Part shown: positions 47,866 to 59,122 of the stretch, in pieces
How the letters are laid out: each line of letters starts with the position of its first letter
How positions within the stretch are numbered: position 1 is the stretch's first letter
Assembly (NCBI GenBank): GCA_036337035.1
Contig: JAYZFC010000002.1
Span: 208,138 to 272,137, forward strand
Direction of reading: 5' to 3'
From: Pseudomonadota bacterium
GTDB lineage: Bacteria; Pseudomonadota; Gammaproteobacteria; Steroidobacterales; Rariloculaceae
DNA length: 64,000 nt
Made by a program: the position numbers and the translations under genes
Notes under the pieces: model-generated
What the model saw: the letters and a program-made list of their open reading frames with translations, nothing else
What the model was told of the DNA's origin: nothing
Database searches by the model: none

Positions 47866-49466
47866 CCAGAAGTAATAGGGTATCTCCAATCTCTTCCAAA
47901 TGCTCTTTTACTAATTCTTACACCTGGTGGAGACTGCCTTCTCTTGTATTCATTTTTTTTAACCAGTTCTAAAATTCTTACAACAACCTGTCTATCAAAG
48001 CCAAGATTTTCAATCTGCTCTACTGAGGAGTCTCTTTCTATAAACTCTTCAAGTATAGAATCTAGAATTTTATAATCAGGTAAACTGTCACTATCTTTCT
48101 GATTTTCTCTTAGTTCAGCAGAAGGCTCACGAGATATAACTCTTTCTGGTATAACTGAGCTAATAGTGTTTCTATAATGTGCTAATTTATATACTAATGT
48201 TTTGCTACAATCCTTTAAAGGAGCGAACCCTCCTGCCATATCTCCATATAATGTTGCATAACCAACTGCCATTTCACTTTTATTACCAGTAGTTAGAAGC
48301 AAACTATTCATCTTATTTGAAAGAGCCATAAGTATAATACCTCGGCATCTAGCCTGGATATTTTCTTCAGTTACATCTTGCTTTAGTCCAAAAAAAGAGT
48401 CTTTTAACAAATCTAAGCTCGATTGGAAAATTTTTTCAATCGATATAATTTTATAATTAACATTTAAATTTTCAGCCTGAAGACGAGAGTCCTCTAAACT
48501 AATTTCTGAAGTAAATCTAGAAGGCATCATTATAGTTTCAACACGGTCACCTCCTAGAGCATCATAGGCAACACACAATGTTAAGGCAGAATCTATACCT
48601 CCAGATAAACCTAAAATGACATTCTTAAAGTTATTTTTATTAACATAATCTTTTGTTCCTAAAACTAATGCATCATAGATACTCTTAATTGATGATTGCT
48701 CAGGAGAGATATTATTAGCCTTAAATTGAATTGATCCTGAATTTTGCTCGACCTCAATATAATCTATTTGCTCTAAGAAACTATTAGATCTTTGTATTAC
48801 TTTACCATCTGAATTTAATATAAACGAAGCTCCATCAAACACAAGCTCATCTTGTCCGCCTACCATATTTACATAAATGACAGGAACTCCATTTTTTTTA
48901 GCCTTAGAAGATAAAGTTTTCTCTCTTAATAAACTTTTATCTATCTGGTAAGGGGAACCATTGATAGCAACTAAAAAATCAGCCCCTTGAGAACATGTAA
49001 GATCAAATGGGCCATCCTCCCAAATATCTTCACAAATTAAAATACCAATCTTTAAGCCCATAAAATTAACGACTGAGATTTTATCTCCTGGTTTAAAATA
49101 CCTCTGCTCATCAAAAACAGAATAATTAGGCAGTATTAATTTCCTATGTCTAACTATCTCTTGTTGATCAAAAATAAAAGCTGCTGAATTATGAATATAA
49201 TCTTTATTGTGCTCTGGAAAACCTACACAGATAGCTATATCTTTTGTTTTAGATTTAAGATACTCAATGGATTTCTCTACTCTTTTCTTCATACCATGAT
49301 GAAATAAAAGATCTTCTGGGGGGTATCCTGAAATTGCTAGTTCAGGATAAATAACCAAATCACATTTCTCTTTATCTCGAGCTTCTTCTGCAATAGAAAT
49401 AATTTTCTTTGTATTTGATTCTATTGCACCTACATGGGTATTGATTTGTGCAATTGCAATTCTCAC
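47859..49466 (-). CDS. nadE: glutamine-dependent NAD+ synthetase
   Basis: 535 aa. N-terminal CN-hydrolase domain ([15 protein letters not shown]) and C-terminal [10 protein letters not shown]-loop synthetase domain. Confidence 0.9.
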   Translation of the reverse strand: MRIAIAQINTHVGAIESNTKKIISIAEEARDKEKCDLVIYPELAISGYPPEDLLFHHGMKKRVEKSIEYLKSKTKDIAICVGFPEHNKDYIHNSAAFIFDQQEIVRHRKLILPNYSVFDEQRYFKPGDKISVVNFMGLKIGILICEDIWEDGPFDLTCSQGADFLVAINGSPYQIDKSLLREKTLSSKAKKNGVPVIYVNMVGGQDELVFDGASFILNSDGKVIQRSNSFLEQIDYIEVEQNSGSIQFKANNISPEQSSIKSIYDALVLGTKDYVNKNNFKNVILGLSGGIDSALTLCVAYDALGGDRVETIMMPSRFTSEISLEDSRLQAENLNVNYKIISIEKIFQSSLDLLKDSFFGLKQDVTEENIQARCRGIILMALSNKMNSLLLTTGNKSEMAVGYATLYGDMAGGFAPLKDCSKTLVYKLAHYRNTISSVIPERVISREPSAELRENQKDSDSLPDYKILDSILEEFIERDSSVEQIENLGFDRQVVVRILELVKKNEYKRRQSPPGVRISKRAFGRDWRYPITSGY

Positions 49467-50332
49467 TCTAACGCCTTACTCATTGCTTCGCCAAGCTCAG
49501 CTGGAGACCTAACAGTAATAACGCCTGCTTTATCTAATGCATTATATTTCTCTGATGCTGTTCCTTTACCTCCAGAAATAATTGCACCAGCATGTCCCAT
49601 TCTCTTGCCTTTTGGAGCTGTTACGCCAGCAATATAAGCAACAACAGGCTTCTTTACATCGCTATGAATATATTCAGCTGCTGCCTCTTCATCGGTTCCA
49701 CCAATTTCTCCGACTAATATAATTCCTTTTGTATCTGGATCATTCTCAAATTCTTCTAGGCAATCAATAAAATTCATCCCTCTTACGGGATCACCCCCAA
49801 TACCTATACAAGTAGTCTGTCCCAAACCTTCATTAGTTGTTTGAAAAACTGCCTCATAGGTTAAGGTTCCTGAACGGGATATTATGCCTATTGAGCCAGG
49901 AGAATGAATAAAACCTGGCATTATACCTATCTTGCAACTACCAGGTGTAATAATGCCAGGACAATTAGGACCAATTAATCTACAATCATAATTTTTTATT
50001 ACTGATTTAACTTTAACCATATCTAAAACAGGCAGTCCCTCTGTAATACAAACTATTAGCTCAACTCCATTTTCTGCAGCTTCTATAATGGCATCTGAAG
50101 CATAAGCTGCAGGAACATAAATCATACTGACTTTCGCTCCTGTAACATTTACTGCCTCTTTTACATTATTAAATATAGGTAAGTTTAGATGCTCTTGTCC
50201 TCCCTTACCGGGTGTAACGCCAGCAACAACAGAGGTTCCATATTGAATACATTGCTCTGTATGAAAGCTTCCCTGCCTTCCAGTTAAACCTTGACAAATA
50301 ACCTTTGTGTCTTTACCAACTAAAATACTCAT
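49463..50332 (-). CDS. sucD: succinate--CoA ligase subunit alpha
   Basis: 289 aa. [26 protein letters not shown] phosphohistidine loop. Confidence 0.96.
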   Translation of the reverse strand: MSILVGKDTKVICQGLTGRQGSFHTEQCIQYGTSVVAGVTPGKGGQEHLNLPIFNNVKEAVNVTGAKVSMIYVPAAYASDAIIEAAENGVELIVCITEGLPVLDMVKVKSVIKNYDCRLIGPNCPGIITPGSCKIGIMPGFIHSPGSIGIISRSGTLTYEAVFQTTNEGLGQTTCIGIGGDPVRGMNFIDCLEEFENDPDTKGIILVGEIGGTDEEAAAEYIHSDVKKPVVAYIAGVTAPKGKRMGHAGAIISGGKGTASEKYNALDKAGVITVRSPAELGEAMSKALE

Positions 50333-50337
50333 AAAAG

Positions 50338-51501
50338 CTATCCCTCAGCCAACGAAATTATTTTCTTTGCAGCATCTGTTAATGACTCAGCTGCAATTAT
50401 TTTAAAATGACTTTCTTTGAGCAATTTCTTGCCTTTTTCAACATTAGTCCCTTCTAGTCTTACAACTACTGGAACATCTACGCCTACTTCCTTAACAGCC
50501 ATAATTATTCCCTCAGCAATTAAATCGCACCTTACAATACCTCCAAAAATATTAACGAGAATTGCTTCGACACTTTTATTAGCCAGAATAATTTTAAATG
50601 CCTCTGTTACTCTCTCAGCAGTTGCTCCGCCACCTACATCAAGGAAATTTGCAGGTTCACCGCCATGAAGCTTAATTAAATCCATGGTAGCCATCGCTAA
50701 ACCAGCACCGTTAACCATGCATGCAATGTTGCCGTTAAGAGAAACATAATTCAGATCATGCTTAGTGGCTATCCTTTCTTGTTCATCTTCTTGAGACTCA
50801 TCTCTTAGATTGCCTAATTCTGATTGCCTGAACAAAGCATTATCCTCAATATTAATTTTTGCATCTAAAGCTACTATATGACCTGTTTTGGTCAAAATTA
50901 AAGGGTTTATCTCAACTAAGCTAGCATCTGATTTTTGAAATAAGTCAATTAGCTTTAACAATATATCTTTAAGTTCTCTTCGTTGGGATGCATCCAGTGA
51001 AAGACTTAAACCAAGATTTTCTGCATCATTTTCTGTAATGCCTGTTTCAGGATGCACTTCAGTAGTAAAAATCTTCTCTGGTGTTTCTGCAGCAACTTTT
51101 TCTATATCCATTCCGCCACATTCAGAACCCATAATAACTAATTTTTCTCTTGATCTATCAACGAGCAAGCTTAAATACAACTCTTTTAATATTTCAGATC
51201 CTTCTTCAATATAGACAGAATTTATTGGAAGGCCAGCATCTCCAGTTTGGTGAGTTGATAAATTATTACCTATTAAATCACTGGTAAATTTAGCAACATC
51301 ATCAAAAGAGTGTGCTAATTTAACACCGCCCGCTTTTCCTCTTCCGCCAGCATGTACTTGAGCCTTAACAACCCACAACTGTCCGCCTATATCTTTAGCA
51401 GCCTTAACGGCTTCTTTAGCATTATAGGCAATAATTCCTTTAGGTACCGGAATACCATAATCCTTAAAAATAGCTTTTGATTGAAATTCGTGAAGGTTCA
51501 A
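50338..51501 (-). CDS. sucC: succinate--CoA ligase subunit beta
   Basis: 387 aa. MNLHEFQSK..., [29 protein letters not shown]. Confidence 0.96.
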   Translation of the reverse strand: MNLHEFQSKAIFKDYGIPVPKGIIAYNAKEAVKAAKDIGGQLWVVKAQVHAGGRGKAGGVKLAHSFDDVAKFTSDLIGNNLSTHQTGDAGLPINSVYIEEGSEILKELYLSLLVDRSREKLVIMGSECGGMDIEKVAAETPEKIFTTEVHPETGITENDAENLGLSLSLDASQRRELKDILLKLIDLFQKSDASLVEINPLILTKTGHIVALDAKINIEDNALFRQSELGNLRDESQEDEQERIATKHDLNYVSLNGNIACMVNGAGLAMATMDLIKLHGGEPANFLDVGGGATAERVTEAFKIILANKSVEAILVNIFGGIVRCDLIAEGIIMAVKEVGVDVPVVVRLEGTNVEKGKKLLKESHFKIIAAESLTDAAKKIISLAEG

Positions 51502-51619
51502 TTTAAATTATCTCTATATTAAATTATCTAATTATATTTTATCATTTATTAAGATTAATTTAAGCTTTTAGGTACAGTTTAGGAATATAATTAAGATTGA
51601 AAAAATATATAGAAAATAT

Positions 51620-52453
51620 ATGTTAATTAATAATTATACTCTATTTCTTATAATTTGCATTATTAGCTTAATAATAGGAAGCTTTATTAGCTTGGCTAGC
51701 TTTAGAATCCCAATTATTTTGGAAAGAAAATACAATAAAACACTTATATCTAAATACAATAAGCATAAATTTTATAATTTAGTAATACCGCGCTCCAACT
51801 GCCCTCAATGTCTAAATATCATTCCTTTATACCAAAATATTCCATTATTTAGCTATATTACTCTTAGAGCTAAATGTAGTAATTGTAAAAAACCAATTTC
51901 TATTAGATACCCAATCATTGAATTAGTCACCCTTCTGGTATTTATACTAACTTTCTTTCAATTTGGGTTAAGCCTAGATTTGATAGCAATCTATATATTT
52001 GCATGTTTATTAATCACAGTATCAATAATTGATATTGAGCATGGGCTGCTCCCAGATATAATAACAATACCAATATTAATTGTAGGGATTTTATTTAATT
52101 ATCTATTTTTGGGCGTAACTGAGTTTTACTCAAGTTTAATTGGCGCTATCTGTGGTTACTATAGCTTATGGATAATTTATAAAATTCATCATTTTTTTAC
52201 TAATAGGGAAGGATTAGGTTATGGTGACTTTAAGCTTATGGCTGGTTTAGGGGCATGGATAAGTTGGCAATTTATACCATTTATATTATTCTTTTCTTCA
52301 ATACTAGGAATATTTTATTCAATATTTTTAATAATGTTCAAAAAACATACTATTAGGTCAACTATCCCTTTTGGTCCATTTCTAGCTATTGTAGGCTTCT
52401 TTACTTTTTTATATAAACAAGAATTGTTAGTATTTTATCTACTATATTTATGA
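51620..52453 (+). CDS. pilD: prepilin peptidase / N-methyltransferase (A24 family)
   Basis: 277 aa, polytopic. CPQC...CSNC zinc motif. GYGDFKLM catalytic Asp motif. Confidence 0.85.
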   Translation: MLINNYTLFLIICIISLIIGSFISLASFRIPIILERKYNKTLISKYNKHKFYNLVIPRSNCPQCLNIIPLYQNIPLFSYITLRAKCSNCKKPISIRYPIIELVTLLVFILTFFQFGLSLDLIAIYIFACLLITVSIIDIEHGLLPDIITIPILIVGILFNYLFLGVTEFYSSLIGAICGYYSLWIIYKIHHFFTNREGLGYGDFKLMAGLGAWISWQFIPFILFFSSILGIFYSIFLIMFKKHTIRSTIPFGPFLAIVGFFTFLYKQELLVFYLLYL

Positions 52454-53055
52454 ATAATAACATATTTAAAATAGGTCTAACTGGAGGTATAGCTACTGGT
52501 AAAACAACAGTTGCTGATATATTTTCAAATCTTGGTATAGAAATTATTGATACTGATGAAATAGCAAAAGAGGCTGTTAAACCAGGAGAACCAGCACTAA
52601 AATTAATAATTGATTCTTTTGGTAAAGATATAATAGAAAAAAAATCTAAAAAACTAGATCGTAGAAAATTAAGAAGAATAATTTTTGAAAATAATGAATA
52701 TAAAAAAAAGCTGGAATCAATTCTGCACCCTATCATTCGTAAAAAAACTCTTGATCTCCTACTAGAAACAAAATCAAAGTATGTAATAATTGTTGTACCC
52801 CTTTTAATTGAAACAGGGTTTATAGAGATTGTGGATTATGTAATAGTTGTCGATTGCCCCAAAAAAACTCAACTCCAAAGATTATTGGAGAGAGATAAAA
52901 TAAGTAAAAAAGATGGGGAAAACATAATAAAAAACCAAATAAATAGGAAAGATAGGCTAAAAAAGGCTGATATAGTAATCGATACTAGCAAGGATATAAA
53001 ATCTGTTATAAATCAAGTTAATAAGATATATTTAAGAATTGCTCAAGGATCCTGA
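52450..53055 (+). CDS. coaE: dephospho-CoA kinase
   Basis: 201 aa. GLTGGIATGKTT P-loop, PLL(I/F)E motif. pilD-coaE linkage as in Pseudomonas. Confidence 0.9.
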   Translation: MNNNIFKIGLTGGIATGKTTVADIFSNLGIEIIDTDEIAKEAVKPGEPALKLIIDSFGKDIIEKKSKKLDRRKLRRIIFENNEYKKKLESILHPIIRKKTLDLLLETKSKYVIIVVPLLIETGFIEIVDYVIVVDCPKKTQLQRLLERDKISKKDGENIIKNQINRKDRLKKADIVIDTSKDIKSVINQVNKIYLRIAQGS

Positions 53056-53622
53056 CCAATTTAATTTTTGGACCGATCTCTCACTTTTCTCTAATATTTT
53101 AATACCATAATCTTTCCTTAAATCACAAATTCTTTTATTTAATAATTCATCATCACAATTATATGGCCATTTTTTTATCATAGCCTTAGTTCTTGATTTA
53201 ATTAATTTCTTAACTATCCGAGTATTTTGATAAAGCTTAATAAATCCTTTTATCCCTACTTCAGTAAAAAATACTTTATATAATTTTAACAATTCTTTGT
53301 TTGTAAATGAATATTTTAATAAATCTAACCAACTAAATTGCGTTCCATAAAGAGTCCATGTATCAAGCATTGCTTCTTGTTCCAAAGATATATCAAGGCC
53401 AAAAATAACATGTGTACAATCATGGTTCCTCATTATTGATGATCCAGGATCATCTTCTATTTTTTTTATTGCATTGTTATTTATTTCCGCTGATTTGAGC
53501 AAAGAATAATATATTTCTAACCCTTCTTTAAGCGTAAGATTACAATCCTGATCCTGGTAAGCTATTTTTTCAGTCATATAGTTCTTTTTAAAACAATAAT
53601 TTATATATAAATATAATAACAA
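53032..53622 (-). CDS. hypothetical protein with Coq4-like HDxxH-x(n)-E motif
   Basis: MRNHDCTHVIFGLDISLEQEAML resembles the Coq4 zinc-ligand motif HDxxHx10-13E. The start is more likely the ATG at 53577 (MTEKIAY). Motif-level evidence only. Confidence 0.4.
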   Translation of the reverse strand: MLLYLYINYCFKKNYMTEKIAYQDQDCNLTLKEGLEIYYSLLKSAEINNNAIKKIEDDPGSSIMRNHDCTHVIFGLDISLEQEAMLDTWTLYGTQFSWLDLLKYSFTNKELLKLYKVFFTEVGIKGFIKLYQNTRIVKKLIKSRTKAMIKKWPYNCDDELLNKRICDLRKDYGIKILEKSERSVQKLNWSGSLSNS

Positions 53623-53683
53623 TAGTAATTTTATTTTATAAGATTATACTACTATTTAATCATTATTATTATTAATAAATCAA

Positions 53684-54481
53684 ATGGCTATACCAAAAGA
53701 ATTGCTTCTAGAAAATAAAGATATGATCAATTTTGATCAACCTCTAAATGAGATTATGAGAACCTTCTTGAGAACGGAGTTTCTATATAAGCAACTTTTA
53801 TTTCATCAAAATAATTTATCTGACTTTAGCGTAAGAGCGGCAATCTCTTCTATTATAGAAATAATAAGTATTATAAATAGATCTGGATTAAAAAATGATC
53901 TAATAAAGCAATTTGATAAACAGGAAGATATTTTACTATCATATAAAAAACAGTCTGGCGTAGATCTAGATAGGATAGAAAAAATATTTATTGAAATAAG
54001 TAGTGCTAAAGAAGAATTATTAGCTCTTGATAGTGATCTACCATCTAAAATTTATGATTCTGAGTTCCTGCATGCAATAAAACACAGAAGTAATATACCA
54101 GGAGGAACTTGTATATTTGATTTGCCAAATTTTGCCTATTGGGTTAATCAACCAAAAGAGGAATTGCTATCTGGTCTTGAAGAATGGATTAAGGAAATTA
54201 AACCTATTTGTGAATCAATTATTCATATCTTATGGCTTATAAGAAATAGCAATATTACTAACAATGAAATTGCAAAAAATGGAATGTTCCTCCATGAATT
54301 AAGTAAAGATAATAAGATAATAATGATTACTATATCTATTAATAAAAATTCAAATTTTTATCCAGAAATCAGCGCTGGAAAACATAGATTTTCAGTAAGA
54401 TTTCTAGAGTGGATAAGCATATACGATCATACATCCCAAGTGAAAAATGATGTTAATTTTCATCTATCTCTTTGCCAATAG
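53684..54481 (+). CDS. zapD: cell division protein ZapD
   Basis: FDQPLNEIMRTFLRTEFLYKQL matches the ZapD N-terminus (YEQPLNERMRTWLRLEFL). coaE-zapD neighbourhood as in E. coli. Confidence 0.72.
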   Translation: MAIPKELLLENKDMINFDQPLNEIMRTFLRTEFLYKQLLFHQNNLSDFSVRAAISSIIEIISIINRSGLKNDLIKQFDKQEDILLSYKKQSGVDLDRIEKIFIEISSAKEELLALDSDLPSKIYDSEFLHAIKHRSNIPGGTCIFDLPNFAYWVNQPKEELLSGLEEWIKEIKPICESIIHILWLIRNSNITNNEIAKNGMFLHELSKDNKIIMITISINKNSNFYPEISAGKHRFSVRFLEWISIYDHTSQVKNDVNFHLSLCQ

Positions 54482-54868
54482 AAAATCTTGTATTTTCTGA
54501 TCAGCAGGCAATAACTTAAATTTAAATAGGTCTTCAGGATGGACCCAAGCAATTTCCTGACCTTCTTTTGATTTTGGCTCACCAAGAAAACTTTTTATAA
54601 TCCAAATATCCAAATTAACCATATAATCTTCATATTGATAGTAATAATTCATGATAGGCTTAGCCTTACTCACAATAATACCTAATTCTTCTAGGAGTTC
54701 TCTTGAAAGAGCAGACATATTATCTTCTTGTAAGTTAATTTTGCCGCCTGGAAATTCCCAATATCCTTCCATATATTTACCAGGTAGCCTCTTATTAATA
54801 AGAACATTATTGTTATTATCAAAAATTAATCCTATTACTACTTTTTGGTAATGCTTTCCATTATGCAT
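54464..54868 (-). CDS. mutT: Nudix 8-oxo-dGTP diphosphatase MutT-like
   Basis: Nudix box GGKINLQEDNMSALSRELLEELGI. Lies downstream of secA, as in E. coli. I use the ATG at 54868; the ORF-track start at 54937 would overlap secA by 56 nt. Confidence 0.72.
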   Translation of the reverse strand: MHNGKHYQKVVIGLIFDNNNNVLINKRLPGKYMEGYWEFPGGKINLQEDNMSALSRELLEELGIIVSKAKPIMNYYYQYEDYMVNLDIWIIKSFLGEPKSKEGQEIAWVHPEDLFKFKLLPADQKIQDFLLAKR

Positions 54869-54881
54869 GTTTTGTAAATTT

Positions 54882-57758
54882 CTATTTTCCGCAACAATGC
54901 TTATATTTTTTTCCTGATCCACAAGTACATAGTTCATTTCTTCCTACCTTTGGGCCTTTTCTTACAAAAGGTGCTTTATCAGCGGTATTAGTAGAAGAAA
55001 GTTTTTTTTGTGCTGTCAAGCCTGGTGCTGGTGCATGCTTAAAGTTCATATTCTTTATAGGAGTATTTTTAGGCTTTAATACTTCTGCATCTTCTGGTTT
55101 TCTAATCTGAACCTTAGATAAAGTAGAAATAGTATCAATCTTTACTCTATCTAACATATCACTAAACATTTCAAATGCTTCTCTCTTGTATTCTTGCTTA
55201 GGATTTTTTTGTGCATATCCCCTAAGATGTATCCCTTGTCTTAAATATTCAAGCGCCCCTATGTGCTCTTTCCAGTGGATATCTAAGTTTCTTAACATTA
55301 AATTCTTTTCGAGATTATGCATAACTTCAATTCCAACACTTTCTTTTTTTTCTTCATATTCTGATTCAACTTTATTAATACAATATTCTCTTACATCCTG
55401 TTCATTAAGAGAGTGATCTGACTCTAGTAAAGAATGAATATTGATCTGGGTTCCAAATTTTTGATCAAGAATTTTGCTCAAGCCTTCTTTATCCCAAACT
55501 TCTTCTACACTCTGAGGCTCAATAAAATCATCAATAACTTGATTGATCACCTCTTCTCTTATCGACAGAATAGCTTCTCCAATATTTTCTGAATTCATAA
55601 GTTCAGACCGCTGCTTATAAACAACTTTTCTTTGATCATTAGTAACATCATCATATTCTAAAAGCTGTTTTCTAATGTCAAAATTATGAGCTTCAACCTT
55701 TCTCTGGGCCCTTTCTATTTGTTTAGATAATATTTTACTTTCTATAGCCTCATCTTCTTGCATACCAGCTCTAGACAATAAATTTTTTGTTCTGTCAGGA
55801 TCCCCAAAAACTCTCATTAAATTATCCTCCATTGAAAGATAAAACCTACTTGATCCTGGGTCACCTTGCCGACCTGACCTTCCTCTTAATTGATTATCTA
55901 TCCTTCTAGAATCATGTCTTTCGGTACCAACTATATGCAAACCACCTGACTCTATTACTTTTCTATTAGATTTTTCCCACTCAATTCTAATGTTCTCTAT
56001 ATCATTATTATCTTCTAAAATATTTAATTTTCCCCCCAAAACTATATCTGTACCTCTGCCAGCCATATTTGTTGCTATAGTAACTACCCCAGGCCTACCA
56101 GCTTGTTCCACTATCTCTGCCTCCTGTTCATGATATTTAGCATTTAATACTCTATGAGAAATATCTTCCTTCTTTAACAAAGATGACAGTAGCTCAGAAG
56201 TTTCTATTGAAGTTGTACCTACTAAAATAGGCTGACCTTTTAATCTTCTCTCATTTATATCTTTAATTATTGCAGCAAATTTTCCTTTTTGAGTTAAATA
56301 AACTAAATCTGGAAGATCATCTCTTACCATAGTTAAGTTAGTTGGAATTACTACAGCTTCTAAACCATATATTTGCTGAAACTCAAAAGCTTCTGTATCG
56401 GCTGTACCTGTCATGCCAGAAATTTTATTATATAGCCTAAAATAATTTTGAAAGGTTATAGAGGCTACTGTTTGATTTTCCTCTTTTACTTTCAGGTTTT
56501 CTTTTGCCTCAATAGCTTGATGCAATCCATCAGACCATCTCCTACCAGCCATTGTTCTTCCAGTAAATTCATCAACTATTACAACCTCGCCATCCTTAAC
56601 AATATAATCAACCTCTTTTTTAAATAAAGCATGCGCCCTTAGGGCAGAATTTAAATGATGTAATAAACGTATATTGCCAGCATCATAAAGACTGTCGCCA
56701 TGCAAAAGCAGCCCTGCCTCTTCAAGAAGACTCTCAGCTTTTTCATGACCTTCTTCTGTTAAGTGAGCCTGTTTAGACTTTTCATCAATAGTATAATGCC
56801 CAGGGATAATTAACTTACAAACAGTCGGGTTATTATTTAAGTCTATTTCTACAAGGTGGCAACCTTTATTCTTGCTAATTTCTAATGCTTCATCTATCTT
56901 CTTTATACCTAAAGAATTTCCATTTATATCAAGTAAAGAAATATTTGATGCATCAATATCATCATTCACCTTACCTTCTGGGATATTATGAATCTTTAGT
57001 TTTGGCACAAGCTTATTAATACTTACATAGAGACTAGTACTCTCATCAGATTTACCTGAAATAATTAATGGTGTTCTTGCTTCATCAATTAAAATAGAAT
57101 CAACTTCATCAACAATAGCGAATGCAAGCTTCCTCTGAAACCTATCTTCTAGTCTAAAAGCTAAATTATCCCTTAGATAATCAAAACCAAGTTCGTTGTT
57201 AGTAGCATAAGTTATATCTGCCTGATAGGCCTCATGTTTATCTATAGGATTTTGACCGCTTTTTATTACCCCAACATTTAAACCCAAAAATTTATACACA
57301 GGTCCCATCCAATCTGAGTCCCTTTGAGCTAAATAATCATTTACTGTAACAATATGCACGCCGTCACCTGTCAAAGAATTCAAGTACGCCGGTAATGTAG
57401 CAACTAGAGTTTTCCCTTCTCCTGTCCTCATTTCAGCTATTTTTCCATTATGTAAAGCTATTCCACCAATTAGCTGAACATCAAATAATCTAAGCCCAAG
57501 TACTCTGACAGCTGCCTCCCTCACTATAGAAAATGCTTCAGGCAATAATTGTTCTAGTGATTCACCTCTAGAATATCTAAGACGGAAATCTTCTGTTTTC
57601 TTAGATATCTCTTCATCGGTTAGTAACTTGACTTCACTTTCTAGTATGTTGATTCTTGATACAATTTTACTATAACTTTTGAGTAGTCTTTTATTACGGC
57701 TACCTAGTAATTCAGTAAAAAAATTATAAAAAAAGCTAAACAAAGATAAATTCCTCAA
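54882..57758 (-). CDS. secA: preprotein translocase ATPase SecA (with a ~50-65-aa lineage-specific insertion)
   Basis: 958 aa, colinear with E. coli Sec[39 protein letters not shown], and C-terminal zinc tail [14 protein letters not shown]. Extra segment at residues ~255-319. Confidence 0.98.
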   Translation of the reverse strand: MRNLSLFSFFYNFFTELLGSRNKRLLKSYSKIVSRINILESEVKLLTDEEISKKTEDFRLRYSRGESLEQLLPEAFSIVREAAVRVLGLRLFDVQLIGGIALHNGKIAEMRTGEGKTLVATLPAYLNSLTGDGVHIVTVNDYLAQRDSDWMGPVYKFLGLNVGVIKSGQNPIDKHEAYQADITYATNNELGFDYLRDNLAFRLEDRFQRKLAFAIVDEVDSILIDEARTPLIISGKSDESTSLYVSINKLVPKLKIHNIPEGKVNDDIDASNISLLDINGNSLGIKKIDEALEISKNKGCHLVEIDLNNNPTVCKLIIPGHYTIDEKSKQAHLTEEGHEKAESLLEEAGLLLHGDSLYDAGNIRLLHHLNSALRAHALFKKEVDYIVKDGEVVIVDEFTGRTMAGRRWSDGLHQAIEAKENLKVKEENQTVASITFQNYFRLYNKISGMTGTADTEAFEFQQIYGLEAVVIPTNLTMVRDDLPDLVYLTQKGKFAAIIKDINERRLKGQPILVGTTSIETSELLSSLLKKEDISHRVLNAKYHEQEAEIVEQAGRPGVVTIATNMAGRGTDIVLGGKLNILEDNNDIENIRIEWEKSNRKVIESGGLHIVGTERHDSRRIDNQLRGRSGRQGDPGSSRFYLSMEDNLMRVFGDPDRTKNLLSRAGMQEDEAIESKILSKQIERAQRKVEAHNFDIRKQLLEYDDVTNDQRKVVYKQRSELMNSENIGEAILSIREEVINQVIDDFIEPQSVEEVWDKEGLSKILDQKFGTQINIHSLLESDHSLNEQDVREYCINKVESEYEEKKESVGIEVMHNLEKNLMLRNLDIHWKEHIGALEYLRQGIHLRGYAQKNPKQEYKREAFEMFSDMLDRVKIDTISTLSKVQIRKPEDAEVLKPKNTPIKNMNFKHAPAPGLTAQKKLSSTNTADKAPFVRKGPKVGRNELCTCGSGKKYKHCCGK

Positions 57759-57813
57759 AATAAATTATTAAGTTATGTTATTTTAATATATATAATAATA
57801 AACTAGATTTAAA

Positions 57814-58098
57814 ATGATTCGAAAAAATCCTTCTTCTATATCAAAAATTTTAAACTCTAAATTAGGAAAAATGTCTAATTTGATAAAAGAAATCAATAGG
57901 CATAATAAAATAACAAGTAAAATCAAGGGTTTATTGCCTAAGGAAGATGCCGACCACTTGGTTGATGCAAATATATCCAAAGATGGAACTTTAATACTTC
58001 TAGTTGACTCCTCTGAATGGGCCGCCCGTATACGCTATATTGCACCTGACCTTGTGAAAAAAAAGATTATTGTAAAAGTTCTACCTCAAAAAAACTAA
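57814..58098 (+). CDS. DUF721 (DciA-like) protein
   Basis: 94 aa. [26 protein letters not shown] matches the DUF721 core (L.v.v.ss.wa.el......l). Sits between secA and lpxC, as in several non-enteric Gammaproteobacteria. Confidence 0.5.
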   Translation: MIRKNPSSISKILNSKLGKMSNLIKEINRHNKITSKIKGLLPKEDADHLVDANISKDGTLILLVDSSEWAARIRYIAPDLVKKKIIVKVLPQKN

Positions 58099-59006
58099 TC
58101 AGAAACACTCGGAGCTAATCTATATGAAGAAGGTAAATCAACTTCATTTTGAAAAACTACTTCTTCATAACTGTCAGGTGAAGATATAAGCTCTCTTAAT
58201 AATAAATTATTTAAATTATGGCCTGATTTATAACCATTAAATTCTCCTATCAATGATGCACCCATTAAATATAAATCTCCGATAGCATCTAGAATTTTAT
58301 GTCTAACAAACTCATCCCGAAAACGAAGGCCATCTTCATTAAGAACTCTAAATTCATCCAAAACAATAGCATTATCCATGCCTCCACCAAGAGTCAAATC
58401 CTTCTCTCTTAAAATTTCTAGATCTCTAAGAAAACCGAAAGTTCTAGCACGGCTAATTTCTTTCAGAAAACTTGTAACAGAAAATTCTATTGAAACTGAT
58501 TGGCTATTCATCTTAAACACTGGATGTTCAAAATCTATATCCATATTTAATCTAAAACCATTATAAGGAGACAACCTTGCGATCTTGTCACCATCTCTAA
58601 CTTCTACTGTTTTATTTATCTTTATAAATTTCTTATTAGCAGTTTGTGTGTCAATACCAGCAGATTGTAATAAGAAAACAAAAGGTGCTGCGCTTCCATC
58701 CATAATAGGTACTTCAGCAGCTGTTAACTCAACAAATGCATTATCAATACTTAAACCAGCCATTGCCGACAACAGGTGTTCTACTGTTGCTACCTTAATA
58801 TTTTTATATTCTATTGTAGTACCTAAAGTAGTATGAGAAACATTTTGTGCTTTTGCAGGAATATCAATTGGCTGATCTAAATCAATCCTCCTAAAAACTA
58901 TACCGGTATTTTGTGGAGCAGGCCTAATTGTCATATAGACCTTTTCACCGCTATGGAGACCTATACCACTAGCGCGGATTGATTCTTTTATCGTTCTCTG
59001 TTTCAC
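58095..59006 (-). CDS. lpxC: UDP-3-O-acyl-N-acetylglucosamine deacetylase
   Basis: 303 aa. MKQRTIK...[28 protein letters not shown]. Confidence 0.96.
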   Translation of the reverse strand: MKQRTIKESIRASGIGLHSGEKVYMTIRPAPQNTGIVFRRIDLDQPIDIPAKAQNVSHTTLGTTIEYKNIKVATVEHLLSAMAGLSIDNAFVELTAAEVPIMDGSAAPFVFLLQSAGIDTQTANKKFIKINKTVEVRDGDKIARLSPYNGFRLNMDIDFEHPVFKMNSQSVSIEFSVTSFLKEISRARTFGFLRDLEILREKDLTLGGGMDNAIVLDEFRVLNEDGLRFRDEFVRHKILDAIGDLYLMGASLIGEFNGYKSGHNLNNLLLRELISSPDSYEEVVFQNEVDLPSSYRLAPSVSD

Positions 59007-59122
59007 AAGAAATTATAAATCCAGACTTCAATTTAAGTGGCAATACTAACATACTGCACTAAATAAGTGCAAAAAATTAAAGATAGACCACCTAATAATA
59101 AGCTTTTAAAAATATAAATTAG

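Noticed and set aside
51505-51529. Direct repeat AAATTATCT (51505-51513 and 51521-51529) upstream of sucC.
   Set aside because: It is short and AT-only, in an AT-rich intergenic region, so it could easily arise by chance. I recognise no regulator motif in it.
52401-52736. 111-aa minus-strand ORF overlapping the pilD end and coaE start.
   Set aside because: It is antisense to the CoaE P-loop region and has no motifs.
54869-54937. N-terminal extension of MutT in the ORF track (start at 54937), overlapping the secA 3' end by 56 nt.
   Set aside because: The extension ([23 protein letters not shown]) is not part of the Nudix fold. An in-frame ATG at 54868 gives a normal ~134-aa MutT beginning 13 nt after the secA stop.
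57783-57980. 65-aa minus-strand ORF antisense to the DUF721 gene.
   Set aside because: The plus-strand ORF carries the DUF721 core motif and fits the conserved secA/lpxC neighbourhood. The minus-strand ORF has no support.
59055-59071. Hairpin TGCACT-AAATA-AGTGCA in the ftsZ-lpxC intergenic region, considered as a terminator or attenuator.
   Set aside because: It is not followed by a T-run on the minus (transcribed) strand. The stem is only 6 bp and AT-poor context is lacking, so evidence is insufficient.
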